From the IMG/VR virus record IMGVR_UViG_3300027917_004307: a DNA stretch of 41,103 nucleotides; one strand, given 5' to 3'. The translations under genes and the position numbers were made by a program. This document shows positions 10,501 to 19,820 of this stretch, piece after piece. Source of the stretch: a virus (Duplodnaviria > Heunggongvirae > Uroviricota > Caudoviricetes). The notes below the pieces were generated by a model. The model was not told the origin of the DNA and made no database searches. It saw nothing but the letters and a program-made list of their open reading frames with translations. Position 1 is the first letter of the stretch; the number at the start of each line of letters is the position of its first letter.

Positions 10501-10869
10501 AACTCCAGCCTTTTGCAACTGGTTGACTGACTTGCTGACCAGATCAAGTGTCTTCCCATGATCTTCCATATGCTCATTGAAGCTAATATATCCATCATCA
10601 ACTTTCTGTATGCTTTCTTTATAAAGGTCCATTTGCTCTTGCAGTTTTTGGTATGTTACACGCACATCTTCGCTAGCATCTTTCATCTTTACTGTGCTAG
10701 TCGCTATTTCTTCATATTGGCCAGTACCAACATCTATTTTGATTTTCTGTGACAAAGACTTGTTGATCGTAGCTATTTTAGAAGCAATATCCTGCAGCAT
10801 GTTCATTGCAGGACCGGCATCAAGCTTGAATTCAAGCCCAAGGCTATATGTGTTTATATCACCTGGCAT
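7519..10869 (-). CDS. Tape measure protein
   Basis: 1116 aa, Ala/Gly/Met-rich amphipathic helical repeats and hydrophobic central segments; position in tail module; AGGA SD. Confidence 0.9.
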   Translation of the reverse strand: MPGDINTYSLGLEFKLDAGPAMNMLQDIASKIATINKSLSQKIKIDVGTGQYEEIATSTVKMKDASEDVRVTYQKLQEQMDLYKESIQKVDDGYISFNEHMEDHGKTLDLVSKSVNQLQKAGVALPEEFQQMGDELSRLNVEQAISTMEVEKNAKQWDQWKTQATNALNETKERAGIFWSIFDQISPVSKESIGQVAQIADAFGVLPEGADQLLVGIDSIGQGAQKSINDVANLGKKGSLSFAELGDVLPKSFSGISNIASADTMGKLSKGMSGAAGSAGALGGTLSKLGPYGAAAAAAIDLTKKAASTAFAAFEGLASAVGANEGATGAFIRAAKTGNILKASLILVTEAIKNFSGAQEEFRTATYRAIGSIDEAVARSQDLRAELGLTAAEANKTMKAMVDAGVTMVASGKQFDNLTKSVAKFSIATGISEDKSAKMAHMMQGLTKDSSATDRMFGMATVAMTRMGMSAAELDKILGDLLAKGPELRAMFAPEAVEQYASAVFGLTEEFKKLGGGAEQAADLMKMTEDPLSKLAMVTGVVGQNLKDPAMRAQMMADGVMQITAGWANMDPVQKKVMAGVTGLKASTIDMIHQMKEQGKSMAEITKRYQDLAKEAEKNQEINKRYEESLGTFKQQLVRIFEPLLAMATKIMKPIVSAFESVVKSVKPFVSIITTVLDMMEKFHVIEGVVFAATTILKPALVAVGAAIVAIGSLLAPVVAYMAAIGAAFWVIGKIAKVVFAPIIFGVKLLWATLKGLYSVVKDVATALWEGFGEPIYNEMIKPIVDGLGWIKKQMDALLALFGGDNKAPEWWGKILEGVKWVGKALGVITRLVIGMVNPIVAVFNIIQYFIPLFEKIWGAIISVKEALFGSSFLHIKEGIATIMGPVNWVIDAFSKVADIAKKAGEIISKPFKAIVDGAKGAAKSMLGLAEKVPVVGKAASWVKSKLFGSGLLGIDTGVKAALPFLTQLVMPWSGIGRAIMSQFPVVGGFFKRILDPMGEVDKMVGRDRRSHGGPVDISEVMTPLEKIQYAITGTPPPTRPVAQTLDQEMGRDTKSEKELKQLVDKLGSLATPLEAILSLIKDGEDVKNIIAILQTYLPKMAETPPKLGPIYAAWG

Positions 10870-12094
10870 TCGGTCCTACTTTCCTTGCCGAGGCGTCAAA
10901 ATCAAGCCTGTTGAGATACAAGGTAGTGTGCCAGCCACCAGGATATATCGTATGATAAAACCCACTTAACATCCAATGACCTGCCATGAAGTATGGTTCG
11001 TTATCAGTACCAATCCACTGCAACGAAGCAGTCGAGACGCCTAATTCCGTTGGGTCATCAAACTCAGGCTCGCCTTGCACATTAAGTGCTATCCTGGTAA
11101 TAAACCCAAGCATATTCAAATATTCTCTTCTATTCCTACCGTCGATATATTCCTTATAGTTTAAACCAATATTTCCGGCAGAGTCCTCTGGTATAGAGTG
11201 TACGAACGTCGCGAATTCTTTGCTTGTAACTTTATATCCTCTATCCTGGCCGAATACAGTGTTGGCCTTGTTGCCAGTGTTTTTGTCATAAACTTTAACC
11301 TTGTCAGGTTCCGTGATTTTATCTAAATAATGCCCTGACACAGCAGACATACCAGCTGTGTGCTCTTCGGAATACAAAACATGCGAGAAATTGTCGAATA
11401 ACGCTTCATAACTAATTACGTTATCCGCACCTGGGTCCTTCGCGCTGACTTTGTATGTCTTGAAATCTTTACTTACTAAGTCATATTCTTCTTTTATGAC
11501 TAACTTCTCATCTTTTGAATTTATAACCCACTTAGTCTTATTTGGTGTAATAGATGAAGACCACTCAAGCAGTGATTGGATGAATGTCTTTGGATCCTGC
11601 CGCATCATCCACCAGCTGCCTTTAGTGTTGTCAATCGTTTTGGTGATTTCTACATCAGAAACGCCATTCTCTTGGCAAACCTGCCTGATAACGTCAGAAA
11701 CAGAGCCCTCATAGTATTTGCCTTCCGCCTTACCACGACTAAGCAACCATGTCGGTGGGTCCATCGCTATAAATTCGACCTTAGCATTTTCATTTTGGCC
11801 GCTGATGTATACGTTGACCAAATAGGCTATCCTGTCTTCAGTTTTAATTGTCTTCGGACCCTTCCACTCCAACCTAAAAATTACTTTTACTGGCTCATTC
11901 CTGGCATTCTTAAGATAATATTGCTCCATTACCTCTTTAAACATGTTGAAATATGGATCGGTCAGTTTTGCCCTAATAACATACCCATTGTTGATCATCG
12001 CTTTCCACTCTAGACGTATCCATTTAGGCGCGACGTTGATATCTTCGATGATCAACTTGATATCTGTTGCATGACCAGTTGTTGGCTCACCCAT
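10859..12094 (-). CDS. Baseplate hub protein (gp27/GpD-like)
   Basis: YYEGSVSDVIRQVC, ITRIALNVQGEPEF, AGHWMLSGFYHTIYPGGWHTTLYL resemble gp27/late-control-D hubs. Confidence 0.7.
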   Translation of the reverse strand: MGEPTTGHATDIKLIIEDINVAPKWIRLEWKAMINNGYVIRAKLTDPYFNMFKEVMEQYYLKNARNEPVKVIFRLEWKGPKTIKTEDRIAYLVNVYISGQNENAKVEFIAMDPPTWLLSRGKAEGKYYEGSVSDVIRQVCQENGVSDVEITKTIDNTKGSWWMMRQDPKTFIQSLLEWSSSITPNKTKWVINSKDEKLVIKEEYDLVSKDFKTYKVSAKDPGADNVISYEALFDNFSHVLYSEEHTAGMSAVSGHYLDKITEPDKVKVYDKNTGNKANTVFGQDRGYKVTSKEFATFVHSIPEDSAGNIGLNYKEYIDGRNRREYLNMLGFITRIALNVQGEPEFDDPTELGVSTASLQWIGTDNEPYFMAGHWMLSGFYHTIYPGGWHTTLYLNRLDFDASARKVGPNAR

Positions 12095-12371
12095 TTACCA
12101 CATATTCTTTCTGTATCTTATAACGCCCTTTTTTAAGAGTAACCAAGGCATTTCTGAATGATGGTACATTTTTGTCAAGCCAATTCATCATATCCTTCGG
12201 AGACATGTTGGCTAGTTCCTCGATTTTATTCCTCATTCTCTTAATGTCGTTATCGTTCAGTTTAGACGCTTTTAACCCAACTAGAATACCCTTATTGTCC
12301 ATCTCTATTGGCACAATAAGGGTATTCTCCTTACTCTTCCCAACCCAATACTGTACATCCAGTAAGCGCAT
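12087..12371 (-). CDS. Hypothetical protein
   Basis: 94-aa ORF overlapping the next gene; no motif recognised. Confidence 0.6.
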   Translation of the reverse strand: MRLLDVQYWVGKSKENTLIVPIEMDNKGILVGLKASKLNDNDIKRMRNKIEELANMSPKDMMNWLDKNVPSFRNALVTLKKGRYKIQKEYVVNG

Positions 12372-12379
12372 TCTATTCT

Positions 12380-12387
12380 TATTTATA
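12380..12387 (-). promoter_or_regulatory. Possible T4-type late promoter TATAAATA
   Basis: Minus strand reads CAAATATAAATA just upstream of the 12371 start; a near copy CAAATATAATA lies at 26201-26211. AT-rich, so chance is possible. Confidence 0.35.
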
Positions 12388-12400
12388 TTTGAAATGGACC

Positions 12401-13414
12401 CTATCTGGAATTACGAAGCATGACCAATGAGGTAGGTGTAGCTGGTTTCATATGCGCTTCGATATATTGTTGTGGATCTATGCCAGCCACTTTTAGGTCA
12501 TTCCAGTCTTTATACGGGTCTTTAGGAAATGCGAAATATATTTCGAAGTATGGTCTCAACAGTTCATAATTATCCAGAACTGCATTTACACCAGGCCTTA
12601 TACCCCTTGCGTCTGGTTGATCATTATCACCACCAAGAATTACAACACTAGGGTTAAGTGATCTAGCCTTCCTAACCTGGCGTTTCGATATTGTTGCTCC
12701 CCCAGTAGCAACCGCTCCTGGGCCTATGCTTATTGAATCAATCGCAGCTTCCACAACAATTAGTGGATCTCCTGGTTCAGCATTGTCAAATCCATACAAA
12801 AATTCAGTTTTAGATGAGCCTTCTGGATATTCAAAAATCTTACCAACTAATGACCTCCGCATCCAATAAACCACCACACCAAATTCAACATACGGCAATA
12901 TAATAGAAGTACTATCATAATGAATAAAAGCCTGTTTTGCCTCTTCCAACGTTATAGCACGTGATTTTAAATAATTAACTGCCATATTATATGCAGTAGA
13001 GTCCGATTCATCCGCGATACTTCTGGCTGAGTTTGGCAATGCAACTTCAACTTCTTCTGGCAGCTTTTCTTCTGTCTCATTTTCTTTGTTGAAGAATGTT
13101 CTTGGATCAATTGCGATCCCACATACTTCCTTTACAGCATCTCGGTATGTGATGTTTTTATAATCAGAAACAAACCTGAAAAACGAGCCGTCATGTTCTT
13201 GATGCCCCGGTCTCCAATCATGAACCCAATACCCCTTTCTTTTATCCTTTCCAGTACCTATCTCCTTTTCCACAAGACTTATATTAAAATGCTTGCCACT
13301 ATCACCCCATGGATTAGCTATAACAACTTCTACACCATTTTTCCTCACTTTATAGTCATCAAAATGCTTTTTTAACCAGGTGAGGATGTGATCACCAGTG
13401 AGATGCATATTCAT
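12401..13414 (-). CDS. DNA primase (TOPRIM, DnaG/gp61-like) with degenerate Zn-binding domain
   Basis: VVEAAIDSISI (catalytic E), GGDND (DxD), KDWND. The N-terminal domain reads ANPWGDSGKHFNI where CPxCGD is usual. Confidence 0.8.
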   Translation of the reverse strand: MNMHLTGDHILTWLKKHFDDYKVRKNGVEVVIANPWGDSGKHFNISLVEKEIGTGKDKRKGYWVHDWRPGHQEHDGSFFRFVSDYKNITYRDAVKEVCGIAIDPRTFFNKENETEEKLPEEVEVALPNSARSIADESDSTAYNMAVNYLKSRAITLEEAKQAFIHYDSTSIILPYVEFGVVVYWMRRSLVGKIFEYPEGSSKTEFLYGFDNAEPGDPLIVVEAAIDSISIGPGAVATGGATISKRQVRKARSLNPSVVILGGDNDQPDARGIRPGVNAVLDNYELLRPYFEIYFAFPKDPYKDWNDLKVAGIDPQQYIEAHMKPATPTSLVMLRNSR

Positions 13415-13420
13415 GAAATA

Positions 13421-13765
13421 CTACACCGGCTTGTCTTTGGTGTACATTGGTGTAGGCGCGTCCATATTTGAATAATTTGTCATGGATGGCATAGTCGATG
13501 TTACATTGTACATCCATTTGATTCTCTTTCTGAGTTCATACGGTAACCCAGATAATGGGTGCTGTGTTTTGTGTAATAAGTCTAACTTGAGCTTCTTTGA
13601 TTCAGTCGACAGTGAATGCTGGAGGACTGGTTTTTGCCGTATGGGGTTTTCCCTTTGGTTTAGATTGAAACCGACTTGTTGGCTTGACTCTGGTTCCCAT
13701 GGCAAAGTATTCTTCGGAATCGGTAGTTCTTTGTTTTGAAATCCTGATTTCTTTTTCTTGGGCAT
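13421..13765 (-). CDS. Hypothetical protein
   Basis: 114-aa co-oriented ORF with tight spacing. Confidence 0.55.
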   Translation of the reverse strand: MPKKKKSGFQNKELPIPKNTLPWEPESSQQVGFNLNQRENPIRQKPVLQHSLSTESKKLKLDLLHKTQHPLSGLPYELRKRIKWMYNVTSTMPSMTNYSNMDAPTPMYTKDKPV

Positions 13766-13766
13766 A

Positions 13767-14558
13767 TCAAGCCACTGTAAATCGCATGTCGCCGGAAGTC
13801 CTTGACTCGCCGTTAGGCAGCATAAGTGTTACGCGATACTTATATGTCCCAATGAGGAATTGTGCAGTGTCCACTTCATATTGTACAACATACGGAACCG
13901 TTCTATAGCTGCCCTGCTTCAGACCTATCTTAGCAGGATCGTTTTCAACAAGCACTTCACCATTCTCAGTTTCGATGTGGATAAATGGTTGTATTTGCGG
14001 TATGAGTGGAACCACTCTGTTGTAATCAAAATCGTACAGGGGCAATGGGATTATACCGACCTCCAGATTGCGGGCCTCTGGCTTCATAAAATGTTTATCT
14101 AGTGCTTCAAATCCGAGCCTGATTGTAACTAGCTCGTCATCCACGAACCAATTATCAGGGTAAACCCAAAACCTATTACACTGCTGAATCCAGGCAGATT
14201 CATCCTCATCGTCTACATCAATCGTCCCACCAGGTGATTCTCCAATAAACCTCCACACGTCAAAATAAACATCAGTATCCCAATCTGATGGTATATCAAG
14301 CGGTAAGTAATACTGCCCAGGAAGAGGATCGCCTGTGCTGCCAGCGTCTAGTTCCTGAATTACCGGATATGGATAAGTGGGATCACTCGGCAGTGGTATA
14401 ATTATAGAAGCCTCAAGATTTTCGTCCCTCACAGACCCCTTATAAATATCTATCTGCCTTATAGCATATGGATCGGCTGCCTCACCATTATGATAAAATG
14501 TAACATCAAGCTTAACTATATTATTAACTCTTCCTGATATTCTATTATATGTAGCCAC
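13767..14558 (-). CDS. Hypothetical, probably virion-associated beta-rich protein
   Basis: 263 aa, GTG start with GGAGG SD; tail-module context. Confidence 0.6.
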   Translation of the reverse strand: MATYNRISGRVNNIVKLDVTFYHNGEAADPYAIRQIDIYKGSVRDENLEASIIIPLPSDPTYPYPVIQELDAGSTGDPLPGQYYLPLDIPSDWDTDVYFDVWRFIGESPGGTIDVDDEDESAWIQQCNRFWVYPDNWFVDDELVTIRLGFEALDKHFMKPEARNLEVGIIPLPLYDFDYNRVVPLIPQIQPFIHIETENGEVLVENDPAKIGLKQGSYRTVPYVVQYEVDTAQFLIGTYKYRVTLMLPNGESRTSGDMRFTVA

Positions 14559-14603
14559 AGCAATCCTCCAGATATTCTCAAATTATTTTTGATTATGGCG
14601 TGA

Positions 14604-14792
14604 CTAAATAGGCGGCTGTCCGGGAGTGTGATCTCGTTTACCAGCTGGCATATTTGTCGATTTGTTGTTGCTCTTTTCTATTTCTTCGTTAATACGCCTA
14701 ATCCACCATCTGCGATCTTCAGCACTCATTCTGTCTTGCTCTGCCAGAGACAGATTGCCATGATGTTTCAGCAGAAACGATTCATTCATCAA
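14604..14792 (-). CDS. gp51-like baseplate-hub/tail assembly chaperone C-terminal module; possibly reached by frameshift
   Basis: FLLKHHGNLSLAEQDRMSAEDRRWW resembles the T4-like gp51 motif (MQHHKYSL.E.E.M.PWER). The frame is open upstream to 14849. Confidence 0.7.
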   Translation of the reverse strand: MMNESFLLKHHGNLSLAEQDRMSAEDRRWWIRRINEEIEKSNNKSTNMPAGKRDHTPGQPPI

Positions 14793-14802
14793 TGCCCAAT
14801 AC

Positions 14803-15777
14803 TCATTCTCCAGAGTCTCCGGGTCCCGTTGGACGAAAAAAACTTTCGGTTATTGGTAAGTCCATCGTCATATTGTTCCCACATTCGCCGCATTCAACCT
14901 CTATGCTGGTTTCAATACCAGGTGAATTGTCACGTAGGAATTCCCTAATAGTAGCAGTATCTGCGGCATGCATCTTGTTGACTAGATTTTCAATCGTAGC
15001 CGGGCCACGGTCACCTAATGCTTCAACGATAACCATCCTAAGGTTTTCACTTACACTCTGATCAAGTTCCTCCTTAGACGGTGCACTACTTTTAACAGCC
15101 TTTGCCCTAGATCTTGCCCTGGCCCTAGCTGTAGGCCTGATCTTTCTTCCAATCCTACGCTGTTGCATAATCGCAGCAAGATCATACCCCCTTAACAACC
15201 TGACTCCAACCCAGAAATTAATTTTCTCTCCCATTTCTGTTGACGCCAACTTACTCATATATGGCAGAGTGACTTTAAATGGCTCACTCCCAAGCTCCGG
15301 GTTCGGGCGCATGATAGTAGAGGCCAGCAAATTCAAGTCGTATGTCTCTGTCCATACGTTCGTACAATCCTCATTGCTGCATTCAACTAGAAATTCATAC
15401 ATATTGCCATATGTGATGCCCCTGAGGTAATATAGCAGGAACACTCTATCGCCAACTAATAGGTTCATGTGGTCAAATTCGTTTGGCAGCCTTACGCAAT
15501 TCTTAATGACATAATCCAATGCCTGCCCTGTCTGTGCCAAACGCTGAGTGGCAAGAATTTTGTCTGTATTAATGCCCCATGCTCTAACTTCAACCTCGCC
15601 GTTTGGAATTTGGCCATCATAATACACGCCAAGACTAGGTAACACAGTCTTTTCCCATGGAATTATATCTTCGCTAGTTTTAGCCAAAACCCTACTAAGA
15701 ATTTCCTGTTCTTTAGTCTTATCTGTCTTAGCACTGGTATCAGCATGTTCTTCGGTGTGCTCAGATTCACCCGGCAT
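14803..15777 (-). CDS. gp26-like baseplate hub assembly chaperone
   Basis: LPSLG..Y, LLVGDRVFLLYYLRGITYG, CxxxxC and CGECG..DLPITESFF C-terminus; GGAGG SD supports the MPGE start at 15777. Confidence 0.8.
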   Translation of the reverse strand: MPGESEHTEEHADTSAKTDKTKEQEILSRVLAKTSEDIIPWEKTVLPSLGVYYDGQIPNGEVEVRAWGINTDKILATQRLAQTGQALDYVIKNCVRLPNEFDHMNLLVGDRVFLLYYLRGITYGNMYEFLVECSNEDCTNVWTETYDLNLLASTIMRPNPELGSEPFKVTLPYMSKLASTEMGEKINFWVGVRLLRGYDLAAIMQQRRIGRKIRPTARARARSRAKAVKSSAPSKEELDQSVSENLRMVIVEALGDRGPATIENLVNKMHAADTATIREFLRDNSPGIETSIEVECGECGNNMTMDLPITESFFRPTGPGDSGE

Positions 15778-15825
15778 ATTATCCTCCATATTAAATGCTA
15801 TCTGTATTTACTCGTAGGTGTGAAT

Positions 15826-16404
15826 TTATGGAAGGGTCGCCACTGGGCCAATAACTCCACCAGAAGCTGCGCCAACTTCTGGGTATTCAATCCAATCATA
15901 AGATACCGTCACTGTGATCAATTTGAATTCGCTACTATCATACGTTAGTTCACCATGGTTGATGATCTTTGGCCATGCATTTTTGAATAACCAAGAACTA
16001 TCGACTGGATTACCTCGCCCGTCCGTTAGATATAATTGAACTTCTGATTTATAATCGTTAGGTTTACCAACCCCCCTATCTGTACCCCATACTAATGATT
16101 GCCATTCTCTTATTTTAGGTTCCAGACCTTCGAGATCATAAAAAGCTACCACCAAATCACTAAATTTTGGTTGAGTCGCAAATTTATATGCTATCGAACC
16201 TCCTAGAACTTCTTTCTCAGAGAAACCAATAGTCGGCATCTCTACGGACTTGGCAAATAGCATCTCATTTGGTGTAAGGATTGGGTTGCCAAGTATGTCG
16301 GAGCCGAATTTGTATATACGCCAACGATGTGCTCGTTTGACGTCCTTTTCAAACGCGACGGAATTGATGTCGTCTGCGTTTGGTCCGATCCTAAATCCTG
16401 GCAT
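15826..16404 (-). CDS. Tail tube protein 2 (gp19-like)
   Basis: AKSVEMPT..., WLFKNAWPKIINHGELTYDSSE...ITVTVSYD is the gp19 family signature. Confidence 0.88.
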   Translation of the reverse strand: MPGFRIGPNADDINSVAFEKDVKRAHRWRIYKFGSDILGNPILTPNEMLFAKSVEMPTIGFSEKEVLGGSIAYKFATQPKFSDLVVAFYDLEGLEPKIREWQSLVWGTDRGVGKPNDYKSEVQLYLTDGRGNPVDSSWLFKNAWPKIINHGELTYDSSEFKLITVTVSYDWIEYPEVGAASGGVIGPVATLP

Positions 16405-16406
16405 TA

Positions 16407-16925
16407 TTACCCAGTTTCACGTGTGGCTCTATCGAACCTGATTTTAACTTCAATAACCTGAAGCTCACTGCTGGTGTAATCCAGGTCTGACCAGTTGGTA
16501 TCCTGTGGCCACGTGTTGTATAAGGTCCACTTTTCAGTTGCTGTTCCTTGGCCATCGGTCATGCTAATAGTAGTCTGTTTCTTATAATCCCTCGGAGGAG
16601 CTACCGTAGCCTGTGGAACAGTTGATACCTGCTGAGTCCAGTCCCAAATAGCCTTACTAGCATCTGGGTCTTGTTCAACATCATACCATGTAAGGGTTAT
16701 TGGCTGCCATTCCGTACGTCCAGCGTAGTAGGCTCTTTCCTGGTCGTGATGCATCACAGCTTCTTCAAACTGATATTGCGGTCTAGCTGATTTCTGCAAA
16801 TACACCACAATCCTTCGCATGTCGGATGGCTCATCGATTGTCCATAGCCATCTATGCTTCCTGCGGACTTCCGCTAAAGCATTAGGATTGTTGCTGCTAG
16901 CTTGGTCGATAGAAAAACCAGGCAT
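16407..16925 (-). CDS. Tail tube protein 1 (gp19-like)
   Basis: YYAGRTEWQPITLTWYD, WTLYNTWPQDTNWSDLDYTSSE; directly after the sheath; GAGGAG SD. Confidence 0.92.
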   Translation of the reverse strand: MPGFSIDQASSNNPNALAEVRRKHRWLWTIDEPSDMRRIVVYLQKSARPQYQFEEAVMHHDQERAYYAGRTEWQPITLTWYDVEQDPDASKAIWDWTQQVSTVPQATVAPPRDYKKQTTISMTDGQGTATEKWTLYNTWPQDTNWSDLDYTSSELQVIEVKIRFDRATRETG

Positions 16926-16940
16926 CGCGTTCTCCTCTCA

Positions 16941-19820
16941 TTACTGCGCGATTACGACTCCACCGGCCTGGAGGACTTCTTCGGACGTGAAGCTCTGTTC
17001 CGTCCTCATCACCACCAGGTTCAACACGATGAATTCTGCAGCCCTCGTAGGCTTGATGAAGACCGAGACCCACAGCTCGTTCCGATCGATTCTTTCAGGA
17101 GTATTGTTCGTCTCGTCGCAGACGATCTTGTATGCCGTCACACCCCTTCTAGACATTACGTCATTAAGGAGCGGATTCAGTGTGTTCACAACCGCAAGAC
17201 GCAGGAATCTGTCGTTAGGCTCGAAGAGGAAGAATCTAAGCGTCCTGATTAAAATTTTCTTGAGGTAAATCAGTAGCATCCTGACGTTGATTCTGTCAAG
17301 AGCGCTGTCCACCCTCTGCAACGTTCTCTGGCCCCAGATCGTAATGCCATCCTGCGGGAAGTTCACGATGGGATTGACGGCGTTATTGAAGCCGTAGAGG
17401 AGATCCCTCTCGCCCTGTGTCGGGCTGTATTCAACATCCAGGGCCGTTAACAAGTGCCCCCTGTTGAGACCGGCTGGTGCAAACCACATCTCGGCCTCAC
17501 GGCTCGTCCTGGCGATAACCTGAGCGGCATAACCGGACGGCGGGATAAAGATTTCACCACCATTAAACTGATCGAAAATCTTCAGCCATGACCAGTGTAA
17601 TGCACCGTAGCTTGAATTGATAGCGGCTGAAAGATCGCTCAGCAGCATACCATTATGCCAGTCAACGACCTGTTGCGGCCTGAGACCAAATGGCGGGTCG
17701 ATCAGATAAAGACAGTCACCACGGCTCTCGCACAACTGGAGGCCTTGAGCAATGACCGATCCAGAGCTATTCCCAGGAATGCTCAAGAGCGTAATGTCAA
17801 TCGTCTCAGGATTGGCGAGTGAGTAAATCCCAGTGGCCAAGGCCGGGTTTCCAATGATTGCCCTATCCAGCTCAGAGCTGTAAGCCGGATCGGTCGGGAT
17901 GCCGTTGGCTGCACCAGTAAAGGCCTTGTTGGCGAACAGGCCCGGCTGCCTCACCTCAAGGCTGGTTGGATCAGTAAGATCGTTGCCAAGGTAAGTAGGC
18001 CTCTCCTCCCAATTGATCCATTTGTTACCATTTATACCACCGTAATTGGAATCAGGATTGATAATGTTGGCGATGTACCTATCGGCCAGCTGATCGAATG
18101 AAACCTCATCAATTCTTTCGACCTCAATTCCAGCCGAGTCAAAAATCCTGATCGTATATGTCCCAGGTTCATCGTTGAAATTCTCCAGGGTCATCACGTA
18201 GTCATTGATCCACGTGCCTGGCGTCTTAGCAACAAAAAATCCGACAATGTTCTGGAAGTAAGCTGAGTCAGCAGCACACTCGTCGCTAGCTGGATCAGTT
18301 TCACATGAAAGAGGTGAAGATGGAGTTACTGACCCACCTGTAGGCATTACAACCCTTAGGTCAGAGAATGGGGTGTAAGACCTTGTGTATGGGAATGGGA
18401 TATCAAGCTCTTCCGCAAACCTCAGCGTCTGAATGTGGCTGTAATCTGCCTGCATCTTCAGGTTATCAAATTGATGGCCAACAGAAGTAACAATCGTCAC
18501 TTTGTAATCATCATCCGTAACCTGCAGAGCGAATGCCTCATAATATCTATCGCCACCAGTGACACCACCGATGTCGAGATAACCCGCCACCGTCGATGCT
18601 GTGAGGCCGAGACCTACCGGAATTGTCGTCTCAAGCTCGGTAGTCTCATCTTCACCAACCGCCAGGATGTTCACCCTGTTATTTGCAGATGTGATGTTGA
18701 ACGGTCCAGTATCTTCACCCATCAGATAGCTTCTAGGGATGTCATAAGCCCACTTGGAAATACCAACTTCCAGAGCCCATGCCTCCGTGTCTACCACCTG
18801 GATCCGCTCGCCAGCTGTGTCAGTTCTTAAGCAAATTTCCTCGGCACCAGATTCACACGCAGTAGACTGATCTACATAAACTGCTCTAAAATCTACACCA
18901 GCACCAACCAGCGTGTTGATCGCGTCGGCGAGGTCAGAGCCTGAAGTATAGGTGTCACCATCGGTGAAACAGAAGCTGCCCTGGCTAACACCTTCGACCT
19001 CGACTTCAAAACACCTGTTGTCCGGACGTGCCTTAAAGCAGAATGTGTCTCCCTCTTCAATCGGGGAAGAACCCGTAACCACAATGGACGTGATCAGGCA
19101 TGTATCATCATCCCCAGATCCAATAGGAATTGGTGTCGAGGTGCCGGGAACGGCACTCTCCACGATCGTACCGGAGGAAATAATAGCACCATCGCTATTC
19201 CTAATAATTTCATATTCGGCACCGTCGATTGTAGATCCACTTGATTCATCCGGCCCCTTGGTGATCAAAATGCAGAAGCTATCATCAATAGATCCACAGT
19301 AATCATCACTGAGGCCACTGGCAGAAAATGTCAAAGTGGCATCGGTCGGGCCAAATGTCGTACTAACATCGATATCATTGTATTCGATATCGAAAACGTC
19401 AGCCGCATGGAATTCAACAGGGCTGGCCGCTGTTGGGACACGTAGGCAGATTTTGCCGAAATCAATGCCAGAATAAACAGCAATCCTACCCCACCCAGTG
19501 GTCTTGGCACCAGTCGTGTCAATGCAGATACAGGCCAGATCGCTGACCTGACCATCTTCGCATTCAACACCAACACGCAGGACCCAGGCACCATTGCCTT
19601 CTTCAAGATATGCGATTACAGCATACCCGAGGTTGGACTCCTGGATTGGTTCGCCGAAGACGTCGATAAACTGCTCAGCATTGGTGATAAACGTCGGATC
19701 ATTGATAGGACCTTTCTTGGCCGTACCAATGAACGCAGGGATGATATCGCTATTCTGAGCCGGTAATACACTGATATCGACTTCCCGCGCAAAAACCCCA
19801 GGGCTAAGGAAGACTGCCAT
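16941..19820 (-). CDS. Tail sheath protein (gp18-like) with large internal insertion
   Basis: SPGVFAREVD N-terminus; IPPSGY, WFAPAGLNRG, RDLLY...VNPI, IWGQRTLQ, LDRINVRML, CDETNNTPERIDRNEL. Confidence 0.97.
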   Translation of the reverse strand: MAVFLSPGVFAREVDISVLPAQNSDIIPAFIGTAKKGPINDPTFITNAEQFIDVFGEPIQESNLGYAVIAYLEEGNGAWVLRVGVECEDGQVSDLACICIDTTGAKTTGWGRIAVYSGIDFGKICLRVPTAASPVEFHAADVFDIEYNDIDVSTTFGPTDATLTFSASGLSDDYCGSIDDSFCILITKGPDESSGSTIDGAEYEIIRNSDGAIISSGTIVESAVPGTSTPIPIGSGDDDTCLITSIVVTGSSPIEEGDTFCFKARPDNRCFEVEVEGVSQGSFCFTDGDTYTSGSDLADAINTLVGAGVDFRAVYVDQSTACESGAEEICLRTDTAGERIQVVDTEAWALEVGISKWAYDIPRSYLMGEDTGPFNITSANNRVNILAVGEDETTELETTIPVGLGLTASTVAGYLDIGGVTGGDRYYEAFALQVTDDDYKVTIVTSVGHQFDNLKMQADYSHIQTLRFAEELDIPFPYTRSYTPFSDLRVVMPTGGSVTPSSPLSCETDPASDECAADSAYFQNIVGFFVAKTPGTWINDYVMTLENFNDEPGTYTIRIFDSAGIEVERIDEVSFDQLADRYIANIINPDSNYGGINGNKWINWEERPTYLGNDLTDPTSLEVRQPGLFANKAFTGAANGIPTDPAYSSELDRAIIGNPALATGIYSLANPETIDITLLSIPGNSSGSVIAQGLQLCESRGDCLYLIDPPFGLRPQQVVDWHNGMLLSDLSAAINSSYGALHWSWLKIFDQFNGGEIFIPPSGYAAQVIARTSREAEMWFAPAGLNRGHLLTALDVEYSPTQGERDLLYGFNNAVNPIVNFPQDGITIWGQRTLQRVDSALDRINVRMLLIYLKKILIRTLRFFLFEPNDRFLRLAVVNTLNPLLNDVMSRRGVTAYKIVCDETNNTPERIDRNELWVSVFIKPTRAAEFIVLNLVVMRTEQSFTSEEVLQAGGVVIAQ

